Part shown: positions 28,392-37,600 of the stretch, in pieces
How positions within the stretch are numbered: position 1 is the first letter of the stretch
Layout of the letters: every line of letters begins with the position of its first letter
Origin: a virus
Lineage: Duplodnaviria > Caudoviricetes
Virus record (IMG/VR): IMGVR_UViG_642791618_000001
Span: 14,958 to 78,957 of that record
Length of the DNA: 64,000 nucleotides
Strand: one strand, 5' to 3'
Notes under the pieces: model-generated
Databases searched by the model: none
Told to the model about the DNA's origin: nothing
The model's input: the letters and a program-made list of their open reading frames with translations, nothing else
Position numbers and translations under genes: made by a program

Positions 28392-28609
28392 GGCCTTGGA
28401 ACCTCCGTCTCGGAAGGGTCGGATTGCGCATTTATCACACGAATTTGGCCTTCGATTTCCGCGCCAAGTATGGAGGGATTGGCGTTCGTCTCGGAATCAC
28501 GAGCGGCCTTCTGATGGATGGCTTTCGCGGCAGCTTCGAGATCATCGAGCGTGGTGACGCAGCGTTCGCCGTCGAAGATCGTCAGGACAATTGGTTTGCT
28601 AGTCTTCAT
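28388..28609 (-). CDS. Small hypothetical protein
   Basis: Overlap-coupled with its neighbours in the leftward operon. Confidence 0.5.
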   Translation of the reverse strand: MKTSKPIVLTIFDGERCVTTLDDLEAAAKAIHQKAARDSETNANPSILGAEIEGQIRVINAQSDPSETEVPRP

Positions 28610-29342
28610 CTGGGAGCATCACGGTTATCGCAGGCTGCGGATCGTCGAGATCGCTGGGACCACACACTGCCTTCAGGTTCACGAGTGGCGGCGTACGGTC
28701 GCGATTGTCGTTGCGGACATGCAGGCCGAAGAGCATCTGCGGGCCGCTGGTTCGTCGGGCGGCGCAACGCAACATCCACATCACATCCCACAGCCGGCCT
28801 TTCTCATCCTGGCAGCGTACGCCCTCGGGCACTCGCACGTAGTTCTCCCACACCGCCCGGGTGAGATAGACCGGGAATTTCAGCCCGGCCTCGCGGGCCA
28901 TTTCGCTCACGTCGATCTGGACGCCATCGGAGAGCGCGTCCTTCCGGGTGTAGCTGTAAATCACGTCACCGAACAAGCGGTCATCGGGGACAAACTTGTG
29001 CCGGCCGGCGTGCCCGGCGCCAAGCTGGCAGCGACGGCCGCCAAACTTACTTTCGTAAGCGTCGCACTGCATATTCGAGCCGCAGTCGTCGCATTTCAGG
29101 TGATCGGGCGGTTGACCGGAACGGCCGCAGGCTGGGCACGTTGAGCCACTCTCTTTCTCCTGCCACAGCACGATTTCCAACGGGCCATGAACGCGCTCCA
29201 TCGCCTGCCGCAGTTCCGCCGCCGACTCTTCATCGGCGGCGGTGAACACTCCCGCGAGGTTCGGGTTGCTCGTCACGGTTTTCGTCGGCGAACTGACCCA
29301 GTGGCCGTCAGCGAGCCGCAGCGTGAACTTGATCTCATTCAT
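28599..29342 (-). CDS. DUF6573-like protein
   Basis: IYSYTRKDALSDGVQIDV, QDEKGRLWDV, TVMLPDED. Confidence 0.7.
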   Translation of the reverse strand: MNEIKFTLRLADGHWVSSPTKTVTSNPNLAGVFTAADEESAAELRQAMERVHGPLEIVLWQEKESGSTCPACGRSGQPPDHLKCDDCGSNMQCDAYESKFGGRRCQLGAGHAGRHKFVPDDRLFGDVIYSYTRKDALSDGVQIDVSEMAREAGLKFPVYLTRAVWENYVRVPEGVRCQDEKGRLWDVMWMLRCAARRTSGPQMLFGLHVRNDNRDRTPPLVNLKAVCGPSDLDDPQPAITVMLPDED

Positions 29343-30063
29343 CTTCGTTTCCTCCGCGTCCGAGTTTCGTCTTCACGCTCGCGCTGATCGGCACGACCTT
29401 GTCGAGTTCGTGGTTCTCAGCGACCGAGAACAGCGTGTGTCGCGCGGTGTGAAACTCCTTCGTCGGCTTGATGGTCGCCTTCGCCGAGAGCGCCGTGCTG
29501 GCCCCGTGCCGGGCAAACAACTCCTGCAGTTCCGCGAGCAGCGGCTCGACCGCAGCATCCGGAATGAGATCACCTTTGATCTTCAACTCGAAGGACTGCT
29601 TGAAATACCGGGCCGCGTGCCCACCGGCGATTCGCGTGATGGCGGGTTCGTCGCTCGTGCCACGGTAGGAGTTGGAGAACCCCACGCGCACGACCTTGCC
29701 GTCTTCCGACCGCGCCTCGACCGACGAGGCCACGGCGTGCTGGCCGTGGTAGTGCTGGAAGTAGAACGGCTTCGCGATAGCGATCAGCTCGGCTTTCTCC
29801 AGTTCGAGTGCGCCTTCGAGCGCTTCGACCTGGGCGCTCTTGTCGAGGATGCTGGTGACCAACTCGCCGACTTGGCCGTCGGGGTCGGGCAACAGCGGGT
29901 AGGCTTTCGCCGATTTGCTGGCCGGCGTCTGCGTGGCGAACCCTGCGAGGCTGACCTTCTTTAAGGCCGGAGCGGGTGCGGGTGTGGGTGCTTTCGGTTC
30001 TGCGGGTCCGGAGCCGGACTGGCGTTCGGGCGCCGCACTGGTGGTTGCTTTCGTTTTCTTCAT
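29335..30063 (-). CDS. Conserved hypothetical protein
   Basis: 242 aa ORF in the operon with a strong GC3 bias. Confidence 0.7.
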   Translation of the reverse strand: MKKTKATTSAAPERQSGSGPAEPKAPTPAPAPALKKVSLAGFATQTPASKSAKAYPLLPDPDGQVGELVTSILDKSAQVEALEGALELEKAELIAIAKPFYFQHYHGQHAVASSVEARSEDGKVVRVGFSNSYRGTSDEPAITRIAGGHAARYFKQSFELKIKGDLIPDAAVEPLLAELQELFARHGASTALSAKATIKPTKEFHTARHTLFSVAENHELDKVVPISASVKTKLGRGGNEDE

Positions 30064-30102
30064 TGGTTTTTCGGTTTGGTTGTTTCTGGTTCTCGCCGTC
30101 GA

Positions 30103-31035
30103 CTACGCGGACTGCGTAGCTTCACGGCAAAAAGTGGTGCGGTGATCGGCGTGGGCGGACTTCACCTTGGCAACTTCGGCGATCAGGGCCGTGCCGGTGA
30201 CCTTCCACCGCTGCGGGTCGTCCGCCGTGGAGCCCGCGAAGATCGCGTTCAGGCAGACGTTCAAAATGTCGCCGCCAGACAGCCCCTTCGATTCCGTGGC
30301 GAGGATGTTCAGGTCGGCGAACACGCGCTCGCGGTTCGGCAGGTGCAGCTCGAAGAGCCGCCGGCGCATCGCCTTGTCCGGCAGCCGGAACTTGATGTGG
30401 CGTGAAATGCGCCGGAGCAGCGCCGGATCGTAATTGCCGAACAGATTCGTCGTCACAATCACCACGCCGTTGAACCGGTCGAGTTCCTGCATCAGCACAT
30501 TGCGGTTCTGATTGATCGAGGTCGCGCAGCTCTCCCCGATGTTCACACGGCGGGAGAGCAGCGAATCCGCCTCATCGAAGAACAGGACTGCGCCGAGTTC
30601 GCTCGCCCGCTTGAAACACGCGGCGATGTGCTTGGCCGTGTCGCCGAGGTATTTCGAGATCACCGCGCTGTAGTCCACTTGATAGAGCGGCTGGCTGAGC
30701 CACAGCGCTACGCCGAGAGCGGCGCGCGTCTTGCCCGTGCCCGGCGAGCCGTGGAAGTTCAGGATGCAGCGGCCGTCCTGCGGCTGAAGGCGGCTGATGC
30801 TCCACACGGCCTCGAGGTCGGCGCGACGCTGGATGGCGCGCAGGCCGGCGGCGATGTCTTCGCGCACGTCCGCGTGGAGTACTAGGTCATCGAGCGCGTG
30901 GTGCGGCTGCGGGGTGACGAGCACGCCCAGATCGGGCGCTTCGCCATTGGATGCGCCGTTATTGCGGCGGCGCGGGTTACGATGGTCTGCCGCGGTCGCG
31001 GCATCCGGTGGCAGGGTTTCTTCGTGTTCAGGCAT
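30103..31035 (-). CDS. AAA+ ATPase
   Basis: GSPGTGKT, FFDEADSLL, TTN, DPALLRR. Confidence 0.85.
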   Translation of the reverse strand: MPEHEETLPPDAATAADHRNPRRRNNGASNGEAPDLGVLVTPQPHHALDDLVLHADVREDIAAGLRAIQRRADLEAVWSISRLQPQDGRCILNFHGSPGTGKTRAALGVALWLSQPLYQVDYSAVISKYLGDTAKHIAACFKRASELGAVLFFDEADSLLSRRVNIGESCATSINQNRNVLMQELDRFNGVVIVTTNLFGNYDPALLRRISRHIKFRLPDKAMRRRLFELHLPNRERVFADLNILATESKGLSGGDILNVCLNAIFAGSTADDPQRWKVTGTALIAEVAKVKSAHADHRTTFCREATQSA

Positions 31036-31042
31036 AGGTGGT

Positions 31043-31249
31043 TTAAGGTTGCGTCCTTGTCCTCGTTCGCGCCGCTCGCGGAAGTCCATCGCTGATAGGC
31101 TCCAAATTTTTCGCCTTTTGCTTCACGCCCTGGCGCTTGGCGCGAGAAGTGAGTCGCGGGCGTTTTTCGTAGGTCCGCTCGCAACGGGCGCAGACTCCCG
31201 ACCCGTCCTCGCTTGGTCGGCCGCAGTATCGGCATCGGGTCTCTTTCAC
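31043..31249 (-). CDS. Small Zn-ribbon protein
   Basis: CRYC...CARC; GTG start overlaps the upstream stop. Confidence 0.45.
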   Translation of the reverse strand: MKETRCRYCGRPSEDGSGVCARCERTYEKRPRLTSRAKRQGVKQKAKNLEPISDGLPRAARTRTRTQP

Positions 31250-31935
31250 AGCAGCCCGCCTCCTTCCACATCGAGCCACGTCTCCAGATCAGCCATCGCC
31301 GCGCGCACGCAGCCGCCGCTTCCGACGGCAATACGCAGGGCCACATCGCGCGGCACTTTCCAATGCGCCCGCAGGAAATCCGCGATTTCCTCGGTGCCCG
31401 GCGCCGTCAGCTTGATCGACTGGAACCGGGTCTGGAACCGCTCCGTCAGCAGGTCGAGCTGCAGGTTGCTCGTGCCGATCAGCGCTTTCCCGGGCGGCAG
31501 CTTATCGAGATACGTCAGGAGGATGTCCTGCGCGTCCTTTGAGCAGCGGTCCAGCTCGTTGATGATCTTCACCGACCAGTTCGAGAACAGCGACCCGTAA
31601 GGCAGCGTCTCCATCCAACTTCGCACGGCATCGACGGTCACTTCCTTACCGTTGAAGCTCTCAATCCCGAGCGCCGTGCCGGTCAGTTCGCGCGCCACGA
31701 GTTCGGCGACCGTAGTCTTGCCGACGCCGGGCGGGCCGTAGAGCAGGAGCTTGCAGGCCGCATTCCGCACATCACGCACCCGTCGCGCCTTCGAGGCCTG
31801 GGCTGCACACACCGAACGGGCCTGACCGATCAGGTCGTCCGCCGACTGCGGCCGCCAGTTCATCGGTGAAGGCCTGGGCTCTGGCTTCAGTGGCGCAGGC
31901 TTGTGGCCGTTCCTTGAGTTAAGCCGCAACCGCAT
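31246..31935 (-). CDS. RarA/MgsA- or clamp-loader-like AAA+ ATPase domain
   Basis: RPQSADDLIGQ, LLYGPPGVGKTT, INELD, IGTSN. Confidence 0.78.
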   Translation of the reverse strand: MRLRLNSRNGHKPAPLKPEPRPSPMNWRPQSADDLIGQARSVCAAQASKARRVRDVRNAACKLLLYGPPGVGKTTVAELVARELTGTALGIESFNGKEVTVDAVRSWMETLPYGSLFSNWSVKIINELDRCSKDAQDILLTYLDKLPPGKALIGTSNLQLDLLTERFQTRFQSIKLTAPGTEEIADFLRAHWKVPRDVALRIAVGSGGCVRAAMADLETWLDVEGGGLL

Positions 31936-32077
31936 AGCCGCCTCCTTTCAGGCTCACCAATTCGCGCAGCTTCTCGGCCACGGTGGCCGCGCCCCTTTTA
32001 TAGAGCGCGACCACCACCAGTTCGCCGTCGAGCCAAACGGCCCAGTGCCGCGTGCCGTAACGAGTGACTGTGACCAC
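31919..32077 (-). CDS. Small hypothetical protein
   Basis: VVTVTRYGTRHWAVWLDGELVVVALYKRGA; beta-rich and coupled. Confidence 0.5.
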   Translation of the reverse strand: MVTVTRYGTRHWAVWLDGELVVVALYKRGAATVAEKLRELVSLKGGGYAVAA

Positions 32078-32079
32078 GG

Positions 32080-32673
32080 CTACCAGCCCTCCCGGCGCAC
32101 GCGTGCCTTCACGGTGTTGATCGACAGGTCGAAGTGCGCCGCCGTCTGCTTCGGGCTGCGGCAGTGCTTGTAGAACCGCTTCACAGCCCGCCAATCCGTC
32201 ATCGCGGGCAGCGGCGTCTCCGGCTCCGCGCTGCGTCCGTTAGTGGCCGGTGTATCAGCCTCTCGGGAGCGCGTGGAATCGCGTTGGAAGGCGTCGAAGC
32301 GACGGCTGGATGGGGAGTGAGTCCCATTCGTCGAGGCCGCGGTCTGTCGGCCTTCGAGTGCGGCGAGACGCTGCTCGATGGGGCGCAGCCGGTCGGCCAC
32401 GGCGACGTTCGCCGCGTCCCCGACGATCTTGCTCACGTCGATGGACGAGCAGCCGCTCCTGCGGGAGCCGATCACTTCGAGCACCTTGGTGGCGACGATC
32501 TCACGGATCAGTTCCACGGGGATTTCCGTGATCGAATAGACCACGCCGGTGAGCGACTGCAGCCCGAGCAGACTCTTCATCTGCTCGCGTGCCGTCCGCG
32601 GATTCTCGGCCTCGATGCGATCATCGAAGACGACTTTGCCAGCCTTGCTGGCGATCAATTTGAACAACTTCAT
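32080..32673 (-). CDS. Hypothetical protein with a C-terminal HTH
   Basis: PKQTAAHFDLSINTVKARVRREGW. Confidence 0.65.
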   Translation of the reverse strand: MKLFKLIASKAGKVVFDDRIEAENPRTAREQMKSLLGLQSLTGVVYSITEIPVELIREIVATKVLEVIGSRRSGCSSIDVSKIVGDAANVAVADRLRPIEQRLAALEGRQTAASTNGTHSPSSRRFDAFQRDSTRSREADTPATNGRSAEPETPLPAMTDWRAVKRFYKHCRSPKQTAAHFDLSINTVKARVRREGW

Positions 32674-32694
32674 TTTGGTTTCTGTGGATGCGGG

Positions 32695-33354
32695 TCAGCT
32701 TTGGTGATTGCCGAGTGCCAGCGGGAGCTGCCCCATGTTTCCCGTTGGATTCGGTTTGCGACGCGGCTCCGCAGACTGCGGAGTTTGTGCCGAAAAAGAT
32801 GCGCGCCCCGCGCTCGCGGTGAGGTAGGGCAGAAAGCTAGTGTTGCTGACGAGGAAGCGGCGCCACGGCTGCCAGTCGCCATAGAGTTCAATTTCCTTGT
32901 CCGTCATCACCGCCCAACGCCCCGGCAGCTTTTTGAGCAGCTTCGTTCCCTTGTGATGCACGAGCGCGGCCACCGCGCGGCTGTCGCTCATCGGGCCTTC
33001 AAGGTCGCCGATGACTTCCGACGCCGCTTCCCAGTTGCCCCATGTGCCGTTGTGGAAGAGCACCGATTTGCACACACCCTCATAGCCCAGCGCCGCCTCT
33101 GCGGTCACGGGAAACGGATGGCAGAGCAGCGGCTCGACGCCACCAACACTCGCCCACCGAAAATGGATGACCACTTCACCCGGCACCTGCTGAATCAGAT
33201 GGTTCACTTCCCCGGGCGTGAGCGACTTCTCCCAGTGAATGCGGCGCTTCTCGCGCCATGCCACACCCGCTCCGTGCGGATTGGCGGCGTGACACGCGCG
33301 GAGGACAGTCAGGTCAGGGCGTTGCTTGGGCGGGCAGATCAGGACGACACACAT
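32695..33354 (-). CDS. Class II glutamine amidotransferase (Ntn)
   Basis: Cys2 (MCVV), NPHGAG, HFRWAS, HPF, HNG, SDSR. Confidence 0.82.
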   Translation of the reverse strand: MCVVLICPPKQRPDLTVLRACHAANPHGAGVAWREKRRIHWEKSLTPGEVNHLIQQVPGEVVIHFRWASVGGVEPLLCHPFPVTAEAALGYEGVCKSVLFHNGTWGNWEAASEVIGDLEGPMSDSRAVAALVHHKGTKLLKKLPGRWAVMTDKEIELYGDWQPWRRFLVSNTSFLPYLTASAGRASFSAQTPQSAEPRRKPNPTGNMGQLPLALGNHQS

Positions 33355-33391
33355 GGGAAATGGATGGGCTGAGGATTGAGAAAGGCGGGGT

Positions 33392-34411
33392 TCACAGCCG
33401 GGCCTCCGGGTAGCGCTCATCGAACTTGCGGCAGAGGCGTAGCGCCTCCGGGCCGTAGCTGGGGAAATCGCGGTGCAGCCGGCCGAACAGTCCCAGCGCG
33501 CAGGGCCGCGCGCCGCCGGTCCACCCGAGGTAATCCCAGAGAAAATGCATCGCGCTCTCGGCGGTGGCCGTCCGCTTGGCTTGCAGCTTGTTTTTGCGAA
33601 ACGCGCCAAGGCACTGGACTTGGGCGGCCCGGCGGCAGAGCCCAAGCACCGTCGCCAAGTGATGCAGCACCTTCTCGAGGCTCGTGGTGCCAGCGAACAC
33701 GCGGAACTCCACCGCGCCCACATACTCGTCGCCGCGCATCCGAAAGGATTTTTGGAGGTTCAACATTCCGCGCCCGCAGGCCACTGCCGCGGCTTCTTTG
33801 TCCGCGACGCTGCTCGTGTTCACGATCTTCCTCATGTGGCGCTCGACATCGGCAGCAAGCGTGTGGCTGTAGCGGCTCAGGTGGCGTCCGGTGCCCGTCT
33901 GGCCATAGAGCGACATGGCGTGCCACTGGGCGATGTGCGCGAGCTTCCGGACAAACTCGCTCACCTTGCCCGCCTCCTGGCTGCCGATCACCGACTCGAT
34001 GCCCACGGTGATATGTACACCGCACGAGGTATCGACGGGTCGCGCCGATCGCGGTCATCCAATCGATGAAGCTGGCCAGAGCGCCTCAACGCCCTCGGTT
34101 CCGTGGAGGATAGGCGAAACAAACTCGCAGGGCATCTCGCCCGGCTCACAGGTGATGGAACCGTCGCGATCAGCCCGCCACGTCGCACCGTTAAAGGTGG
34201 GCGCGGTGAGAGTCTCTCCGTTGGTCGCACGGGCGCTCCTCACCGGATAACCGGCGTGATAGCCGCCGACGGCGAGCCCGCACGTACGCGGCACTTTGGT
34301 TTCAAGTTCAACGCCGAAGCGGATGTTCATCGCTTCAACGTCCTCGGGTTTCCGCAGACTACGCGGAGTGCGTAGTTTTTGCGCATGGCTTGGGATGGTG
34401 GTTGCAGACAT
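33392..34411 (-). CDS. Amidoligase_2 (COOH-NH2 ligase); frameshifts near 34040-34075
   Basis: FGVELET, DGSI, EFVSPIL, reconstructed DTSCGVHITVG, VEFRVF. Start at 34411 or 34330. Confidence 0.8.
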
Positions 34412-34512
34412 GCCCTTGCCTCGTTCAGACGGCCCGCGAACGGGAAGCCGAAGTGATCGCCATATTTTTCACCATTTTGCGGAGCGGCCTTCGGTTGGCG
34501 CGAAAGATGAAG
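34412..34512 (-). promoter_or_regulatory. Duplicated 101-bp upstream element, copy A
   Basis: Shares CCTTGCCTCGT, TATTTTxCACCAT and the 25-bp CCTTCGGTTGGCGCGAAAGATGAAG with 35802-35902 at identical spacing. Confidence 0.6.
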
Positions 34513-34547
34513 TTCAAAAAGCCTGCTAACGCTCGCGGCCATTTTGT

Positions 34548-35429
34548 TCACAGGTCCCATGCCTCGCGGAACCCGACGAACTTGGGGAAACGCGGCGCTT
34601 CCTTCGCGCCGCTGGGCTGATGCTTGAACTTCACCAGCCGGCCAATCAGCGACTCCCGCTGATGCCACAGCGTCACACGATCAACGCCGCCCAGGACGTG
34701 GTTGTAGCCCAAGCGGAACTCCACGTCCGAATCGACGAGCTTGACGATGAATCCGCCGAGTTCGCCCCGGCCCACCTTGCCCGCCTGCGCCGAGCTGCGC
34801 TTGGTGCGCCCGAAGGCGTCACGCTGCGCCTCGTTCAGGTTGCTCATGCCTTCGTAGGTGTCGAGCACCACGGCTTCCGCATCCTCGAACCGTTTGATCT
34901 TTAGCAACCAGCCCTCGCGCTCGGTCGAGCGTCCGCATTTGTAGGGCGATTCCGGCGTGCGGATCATTACGCCCTCGTAGCCGTCTGCGAGACAGTCTTC
35001 CTCGTAGTGTGCGAGCTGCGCGGCATCGCGAATCTCAACCGGCAAGACTTTCTCGACGTGTGCGAACTGCGGCAGCCGCTTGAGTTCCTGCATCCGGCAG
35101 GCATAGGGCACGTCCACGCCGTCGCTCACGTAATCGAACACGGCGAAGGTGAAGTCCGGCTCCCCGGACTCGCGCCCGATGTGACCGGCGGTTTCACTGA
35201 ACGTGGTCCCGTTGACGACCAGCTCGCCATCGAGGCCGTCGGGTAGGTTCGCTTCAATCCAGCCGCGCGTGAAGCGGTTGGAAACGGGCTTGAACGAGCG
35301 CGTCAGGGCGCGCCCGTTGATCTTCAGGCAACGTATGCCGTCGAGCTTCGGCGTGGCGAGCACGGGGAAGCTCAGGGCATCGGGGCGCTCGCACTTTCCG
35401 GCGAGCATCGGCTTGGTGATGTGGTTCAT
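34548..35429 (-). CDS. ATP-dependent DNA ligase (minimal, phage type)
   Basis: TPKLDGIRC, DGELV, FAVFD, EGVMIR, LLKIK, OB-domain PRFPKF. Confidence 0.9.
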   Translation of the reverse strand: MNHITKPMLAGKCERPDALSFPVLATPKLDGIRCLKINGRALTRSFKPVSNRFTRGWIEANLPDGLDGELVVNGTTFSETAGHIGRESGEPDFTFAVFDYVSDGVDVPYACRMQELKRLPQFAHVEKVLPVEIRDAAQLAHYEEDCLADGYEGVMIRTPESPYKCGRSTEREGWLLKIKRFEDAEAVVLDTYEGMSNLNEAQRDAFGRTKRSSAQAGKVGRGELGGFIVKLVDSDVEFRLGYNHVLGGVDRVTLWHQRESLIGRLVKFKHQPSGAKEAPRFPKFVGFREAWDL

Positions 35430-35558
35430 CGTTTGGTTCCTGGTTTTGGTTTCTGGTCTAGGCTGCGGAGGAACACGCCGAGTTCGGCGAGCGACTCCGC
35501 GAAAATGGCGCGCATCAACCGGCGGAGGATTTTGTACGGCATACGCGGACTGCGTAGT

Positions 35559-35801
35559 TCACGCACAAAAGGAGAGCTGGCCGTCCGTCGTGACCGCGCT
35601 CAGCCGGCCGACGAGCGTGGCGAGGTTGAACTTGCGCAGGCTGCGCTTCTCCACGTCGAAAACGGTGATCAGCCCGCCGCCGCGCAATTTTTCCGGCGAG
35701 GTGACAAAGCGCATCGTGCGCGTAGCGCCCGAGGCTTTAATGAAGGTGCCGACAAATTCAGTGCGCCTGCCGGCTTGGGCGGTGGTGGATTGCATATACA
35801 T
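35559..35801 (-). CDS. Small SH3-barrel/WYL_2-like protein
   Basis: FIKASGATRTM...ITVFDVEKRSLRKF. Confidence 0.55.
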   Translation of the reverse strand: MYMQSTTAQAGRRTEFVGTFIKASGATRTMRFVTSPEKLRGGGLITVFDVEKRSLRKFNLATLVGRLSAVTTDGQLSFCA

Positions 35802-35902
35802 GGCCTTGCCTCGTCCGCCGCCCCTCGCGGAGTCCATCCGTTTGCTTCTCCTTATTTTCCACCATGTTTTCGAGCGCCCTTCGGTTGGCGCGAAAGATGA
35901 AG
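35802..35902 (-). promoter_or_regulatory. Duplicated 101-bp upstream element, copy B
   Basis: See copy A; directly abuts the ATG at 35801. Confidence 0.6.
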
Positions 35903-36059
35903 GCGAGCCGGAATCCTGCTGGCAGCCTACGCCATTTGCGGAAAATGTGCCGGCAAGTTGCCCGCTCGTTTATCACCCGAAATTGCCCTTCGATTTGGAC
36001 AGCGGCAAAAGAGTCAGCGCCCGCGGGTGGTATGGTGATATTGCCCGCAGCCGCACAGA

Positions 36060-36610
36060 TCAGTCGTCGATAATATCGTCGAACAGCCCCGGCTGGAATG
36101 GTTCCAGTGCCGCCTGCTCATCGCGGAAAAACTCGGCCTTGGTCTTGCCCATCTTGCGGCCCTTCTGCGTGTGGCAGTCGAAAGGCATTATTCGGGAATC
36201 TTCTCGCGCCCGCCCTTGAGTAGGTCGCCGGCGAGCTTATCCGCATCGAGGCCGGCCATCTGGTCATAGACGAAGTTCTGCAAATGGTCGGCGTCGCGAT
36301 TCTTCTTCGCCGCGCACAGTAGGATCACGGCCTTGCTGATAAAGATGCGGCCTTTCGGCTGCTTCGCCGGCACATTGGCGTTCACGACCGCGTAGCTGTC
36401 GTGCAGAGCCTTCACCTCTTGGGTCAGGATGCCCCAGCAATCTTCCGCCGAAACCGTGAGTAGTCGCTTCCAGACATAATTGCCGTAACCGCTGGCCCAC
36501 AGTTCCAGTGCCCAATAACCCGCAAGACGAGTATCTCCCCGGCGAATAGCCTTCTGCATCGCCGAGGAAACCTCGCCAAATTCATACCCGCGTTTGGTTA
36601 GGAATCGCAT
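36060..36610 (-). CDS. MgsA/RarA C-terminal-like domain protein; frameshift at ~36188
   Basis: SAMQKAIRRGD, KRLLTVSAED. Removing one A restores PEYAFDCHTQKGR...DDIIDD*. Confidence 0.72.
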
Positions 36611-36766
36611 GTCTTGATTTTCGTTCGCCAAGAACGTGAGGCCAAAAAGAAAGGAGGGTGTTGAGGGGTGCCGCGAGCGGTCGGACGATGGGTTTGAGGA
36701 CATTCCTTCCTCCTCGTCGTCCGGCCCGGGTGGTGTCCATCGCGGAATAGCTCCATTTGCATCGCG

Positions 36767-37600
36767 CTACGCATCGAGGCTGAAGGACTGGCGCCGGTGC
36801 ACGTCAATCGCGGTCTTGTCCTGGCTCTGGTAACTCTCGAACCGGATGTGGGCCTTCCATTTCCGCTTGAGGTACCGTTTCTCAGCCGCAATGCGATCGG
36901 CGGAACGGAAGAGCGAATTGCCGCCGAGGTTTTTGTCCCGCTCCTGCACGAAACAGAAACGGGCCTCGTTGAACACGAGACGATTGATCATCAGTTCTTC
37001 GAGCGTGGCGTCGATGTCACACTTGCACTTGAGCAATTCATCCCATCTTGGCACGCCGCCGCTCGCATCACGCACGACACCAACTGCCCCACCGACCCAA
37101 TGGTGAACACCAAACGGATCATTGCGCTGGAGCAGCCGCGGATCGCTGCGCTGATGCCACCCAAACAATCGCGCCCCGGCGCCGCGCGCACAGTAGACGC
37201 TGTTTTCCAGCATGGCCAGCGTTTCGTCCGTCGAGAGCTTCCGGCAGCGCAGCGACACCATGCAGACACACGCGGTGATGTCGTCGTCGAGCATCACAAT
37301 GGCGCCTTCGGTGAAGTGCGCGAGGATCCAATTCCGCACGGCGCTGACTCCGGTCACTTCGTCGGGAATCGTGACCGTCTCCAGCGTGACGTGCGCGTAA
37401 TCAGCCCGCTCGCTTTCGGGGACGACGAGCGTCGCCGTCGGGAACAGGCGATGGCTGGTGATCGCCCGTGGGCGGCTGCGGGACATGATCACCAGGCGCA
37501 GGCTCAGTGGGGTCAGTTCCGGCCAGTCCTTCGGGGAGAGACGGTTGATTTCCGCTGGCCGCAGCGGCTTTGCGGGCGAGTTCGAGGAGACGTTTTCCAT
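36767..37600 (-). CDS. GREB1/TAGT-family glycosyltransferase
   Basis: MSRSRP, GVSAVRNWI, MLDDD, DIDATL, GGNS, LKRKW. Confidence 0.7.
   Translation of the reverse strand: MENVSSNSPAKPLRPAEINRLSPKDWPELTPLSLRLVIMSRSRPRAITSHRLFPTATLVVPESERADYAHVTLETVTIPDEVTGVSAVRNWILAHFTEGAIVMLDDDITACVCMVSLRCRKLSTDETLAMLENSVYCARGAGARLFGWHQRSDPRLLQRNDPFGVHHWVGGAVGVVRDASGGVPRWDELLKCKCDIDATLEELMINRLVFNEARFCFVQERDKNLGGNSLFRSADRIAAEKRYLKRKWKAHIRFESYQSQDKTAIDVHRRQSFSLDA

Noticed and set aside
32134-33372. Long antisense or alternative-frame ORFs (e.g. 32134-33372+, 50975-52510-, 4539-6161-, 1346-2095+)
   Set aside because: Shadow ORFs typical of high-GC DNA, lying opposite genes with clear motifs.
36598-36762. Small ORF MQMELFRDGHH... 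between the TAGT and MgsA_C genes
   Set aside because: No recognisable motif and low-complexity sequence; may be a leader region.
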